Shown here: positions 20,815 through 23,220 of the stretch, piece by piece
Layout of the letters: each line of letters begins with the position of its first letter
How positions within the stretch are numbered: the stretch's first letter is position 1
DNA from: Bugula neritina
Lineage: Eukaryota > Animalia > Bryozoa
Reading direction: 5' to 3'
NCBI GenBank assembly: GCA_964035545.1
Contig: CAXIUT010000311.1
Coordinates: 1-23,220, forward strand
Length of the DNA: 23,220 nucleotides
The notes under the pieces: generated by a model
Told to the model about the DNA's origin: nothing
The model's database searches: none
Seen by the model: the letters and a program-made list of their open reading frames with translations, nothing else
Position numbers and translations under genes: made by a program

Positions 20815-22080
20815 TCACCAAATCAAAATTTATTCTATCTCCTATGCTATCTTCTACAGTTCCTATCTATTTCCTTCCACACCAAATTTCAACTAGTGCT
20901 TCTAGTCTTCCTCGAAAAGGTCTTCTAGCTCATTAGCTATATTTATTGGCTCAGATCGATGCATATTCTTATTCCTCTATGGTTTCTCTTTTATATTCTA
21001 CTATTAATATCTTTCTAAATTGCTTTCTTTGTTTCTCTCATCTCTGTAGCTATTCTTATCACTCTGTTATATCAATTTTAATGTTTTCTTTTTATTTACT
21101 GTTATCTTTAGCTTTTAGGTAAATTTCTAAAGAGTACTTGAGGTCGACATGAGATTGAACTTCTTTTTTGTCATTCTTACTTCATGTATTACTTTTGCTG
21201 GCTTTATCTCATCATAAATTGAATTCTTCATGTCTTTTGAATCATATAATATCCTTTGATCTACCTTTCTATTTATTACCTTCTTTTCTTCATCTACTAT
21301 TGTATAACTACTACTCATCTAGGCTGATATTCCGTCTAAACTGATCCCCTTCTTTATATTGTTTACTGATTTACATCCTTTAATACCCTTATTTTACAGT
21401 TAAAACTAGCTCAATTCAAAAGAAACCATCGAATCTGGTCTGGCAAAGACTTCTTTACTGGCTTGGATAGCAGTCATGCTCCCTCTTCTCAATTGACTTC
21501 TCCATTCAAGGAGTTTGATGATATCCTCGACTGAGTGAATATTTTATACTCTTTACCATTCTTTCATTTATTATTCCAACATTTTGAGAAACCCTTGAAT
21601 GAATTACTGTTATCCTCTGTAATCATTTCTTAGAAGATACTCAGGGTGGTTTTAAAAGATATTGGAACTAATCCAGACACAGATTTCCCTTTTACTTACA
21701 AAAATCATCTTGGCTGTAGGTATAAAGTAGCCGTAAGTTCTCACTAAAACATAAAAACTTTTAAAAGTTCTTAAAAGGTATTCATAGGGATTACCTAATT
21801 GCCCTTTGTTGACTTTTTAGAAGAAAGTTGCACTACATCTGGGACTCTGGAGAAGAAGCCATCTCTTGCTTGAGTGTAGCACTTCAATGATGGGCACATC
21901 TGCTCCTGCTATATGGTTTCTAGCTGCATAACATTCTGCTAGTTCTGGAGGAGGGTCAAAGAAAGACTTTCTCTGCCAGAAGACTTTGAGATCGAGGGGC
22001 TTGATGTCTAGATGTAAGTTGGAAAAGCTTCGAGAGTAGTGACTCCAGCAATTACGGTCTATAAGGTGCTTTTAGTTCAT
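20815..22080 (-). CDS. Hypothetical protein, about 421 aa; possible degenerate kinase-like fold plus acidic low-complexity tail
   Basis: TGA-free frame from ATG 22080 to TGA 20815, including ORF-track fragment 21127-21318. TYGYFIPTAKMIFVSKREICVWISSNIF has the spacing of kinase subdomains VIb-VII without HRD/DFG; the fold call is inference. Confidence 0.75.
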
Positions 22081-22095
22081 GATTATCAATTTGGT

Positions 22096-22400
22096 TCAGC
22101 TCCTAATTTATTAATTGTATTATATGGATAAACTTACTTCTTCCTCTTTGGGAGTCAACTGACCTGAATACTCTCTTTCAAACCTGAAAGTATCTTCAAA
22201 GACTTCTATCTGATTGAAAATAAGGTCAAAAATATCGAATAATTTAGTTAAAATAAAAATATTCATATTTCTTTCCATAAAAGTTCGATTAGTACAAAAT
22301 ATTCAGGACTAAAAGAGGTCTATATTTGAATGTTTTATTGGTGAAAACCATGTATAGATATTTGAGAGGAGGAAAAGTGAATAGTAAAGGTGTTATCCAT
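22096..22400 (-). CDS. Possible small hypothetical protein (about 100 aa) with a -1 frame break near 22268
   Basis: MDNTFTIHFSSSQISIHGFHQE...LIELLWKEI-TGA (22400-22263) overlaps MERNMNIFILTKLFDIF...EEIRS-TGA (22278-22096). No homology recognised. Confidence 0.3.
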
Positions 22401-22603
22401 TAAATTGGTAGTTTTTAATTCTTTGAATCTGTTATTGAAATTGATATTATAAGGTTAAAATAACAAAGATTATCATAAAATCATATTTATATTCTAAAAA
22501 TAAATAATAAATCAATATTAAAAAATATTGAAAACTTCGTCAGAAATGAGAAAAAAATGAAAGGCTTTTATTTATTACTATACACATATCTTTTGATATA
22601 TTT

Positions 22604-23220
22604 ATGTAAGGAGGTAAAATAAAAGTAAATAACCCTGTTGCTGAACTAGATGGAGATTAAATGACCAGGATCATCTGGAAGGCCATCAAAGATGAACTCA
22701 TCCTGCCTTTCCTTGATCTAGAAATTCTCTACTTCGATCTCGGAATGGAATATAGAGACAAAACAGATGATAAAGTTACTATTGAGGCTGCTGAGGCTAT
22801 CAAAAAATGTAAAGTAGGCATTAAGTGCGCTACAATTACTCCTGATGAGGCTCGTGTTGAAGAATTCAAGTTGAAGAAGATGTGGAAGAGTCCCAATGGA
22901 ACCATCAGAAACATTTTAAATGGAACTGTTTTCAGGGAGCCTATAATCATCAAGAACATTCCTAAGTTGGTTCCAGGTTGGAAAAAACCTATCATCATTG
23001 GAAGACATGCCTTTGGAGACCAGTATAAAGCCACTGATTTTGTTGTCGATAAGCCTGGAACTTTTTAAATGACATTCAAGGGAGATGATGGCTCAGAGGA
23101 AAAGATGGAAGTTTATAAGTTTACAGGTCATGGAGGAGTAGGTATGGGTATGTACAATACTGACGAAAGCATTGATTGCTTTGCTCATAGTTGTTTCAAA
23201 TACGCATTAGCTCGAAACTA
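22604..23220 (+). CDS. IDH: NADP-dependent isocitrate dehydrogenase, 5' part (runs off the window)
   Basis: [18 protein letters not shown][TAA=E]MTRIIWK...[41 protein letters not shown]...[16 protein letters not shown]...[10 protein letters not shown]. No N-terminal transit peptide is evident. Confidence 0.97.

Noticed and set aside
1593-23034. Hydrophobic minus-strand ORF-track entries (1593, 5846, 6056, 8548, 8852, 17062, 17250, 22729) and plus-strand 6423, 10832
   Set aside because: Antisense or off-frame shadows of real genes, produced by using the wrong genetic code.
215-23220. Standard ciliate code (UAR=Gln), split code (UAA=Lys), or UGA=Trp/Cys
   Set aside because: TAA and TAG both align to Glu in IFT70, as does TAA in IDH. 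No in-frame TGA is needed at any conserved Trp or Cys, and TGA ends every well-supported gene.
106-23220. tRNA, rRNA, snRNA or transposase genes
   Set aside because: None recognisable by eye. Intergenic gaps are short and AT-rich, but small ncRNAs would need an Infernal or tRNAscan search to exclude.

Overview
This is the left end of a ciliate macronuclear chromosome, not prokaryotic DNA. It opens with 105 bp of (CCCCAA)n telomere, followed by about 17 very tightly packed protein genes. Conserved positions in IFT70/TTC30 and NADP-isocitrate dehydrogenase show that both TAA and TAG encode glutamate and only TGA stops (NCBI table 30, peritrich-type). The supplied standard-code ORF track is therefore mostly fragments or antisense artefacts. 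Read with UAR=Glu, the recognisable genes are IFT70, a TMEM107-like protein, a SWIM+RING protein, a USP32-like deubiquitinase that has lost its catalytic residues, an AMPK-gamma-like CBS protein, a WD40-like protein, a kinase-like fold protein and IDH (cut off by the window end), plus several coiled-coil or low-complexity hypotheticals. The most striking structural signal is 17 inferred spliceosomal introns that are all exactly 20 nt (GTA...AG), 15 of them with an A fixed 6 nt from the 3' end. Several single-base frame breaks occur in less conserved genes; these are probably homopolymer errors, but recoding is not excluded. All homology calls come from motif recall, not database searches.
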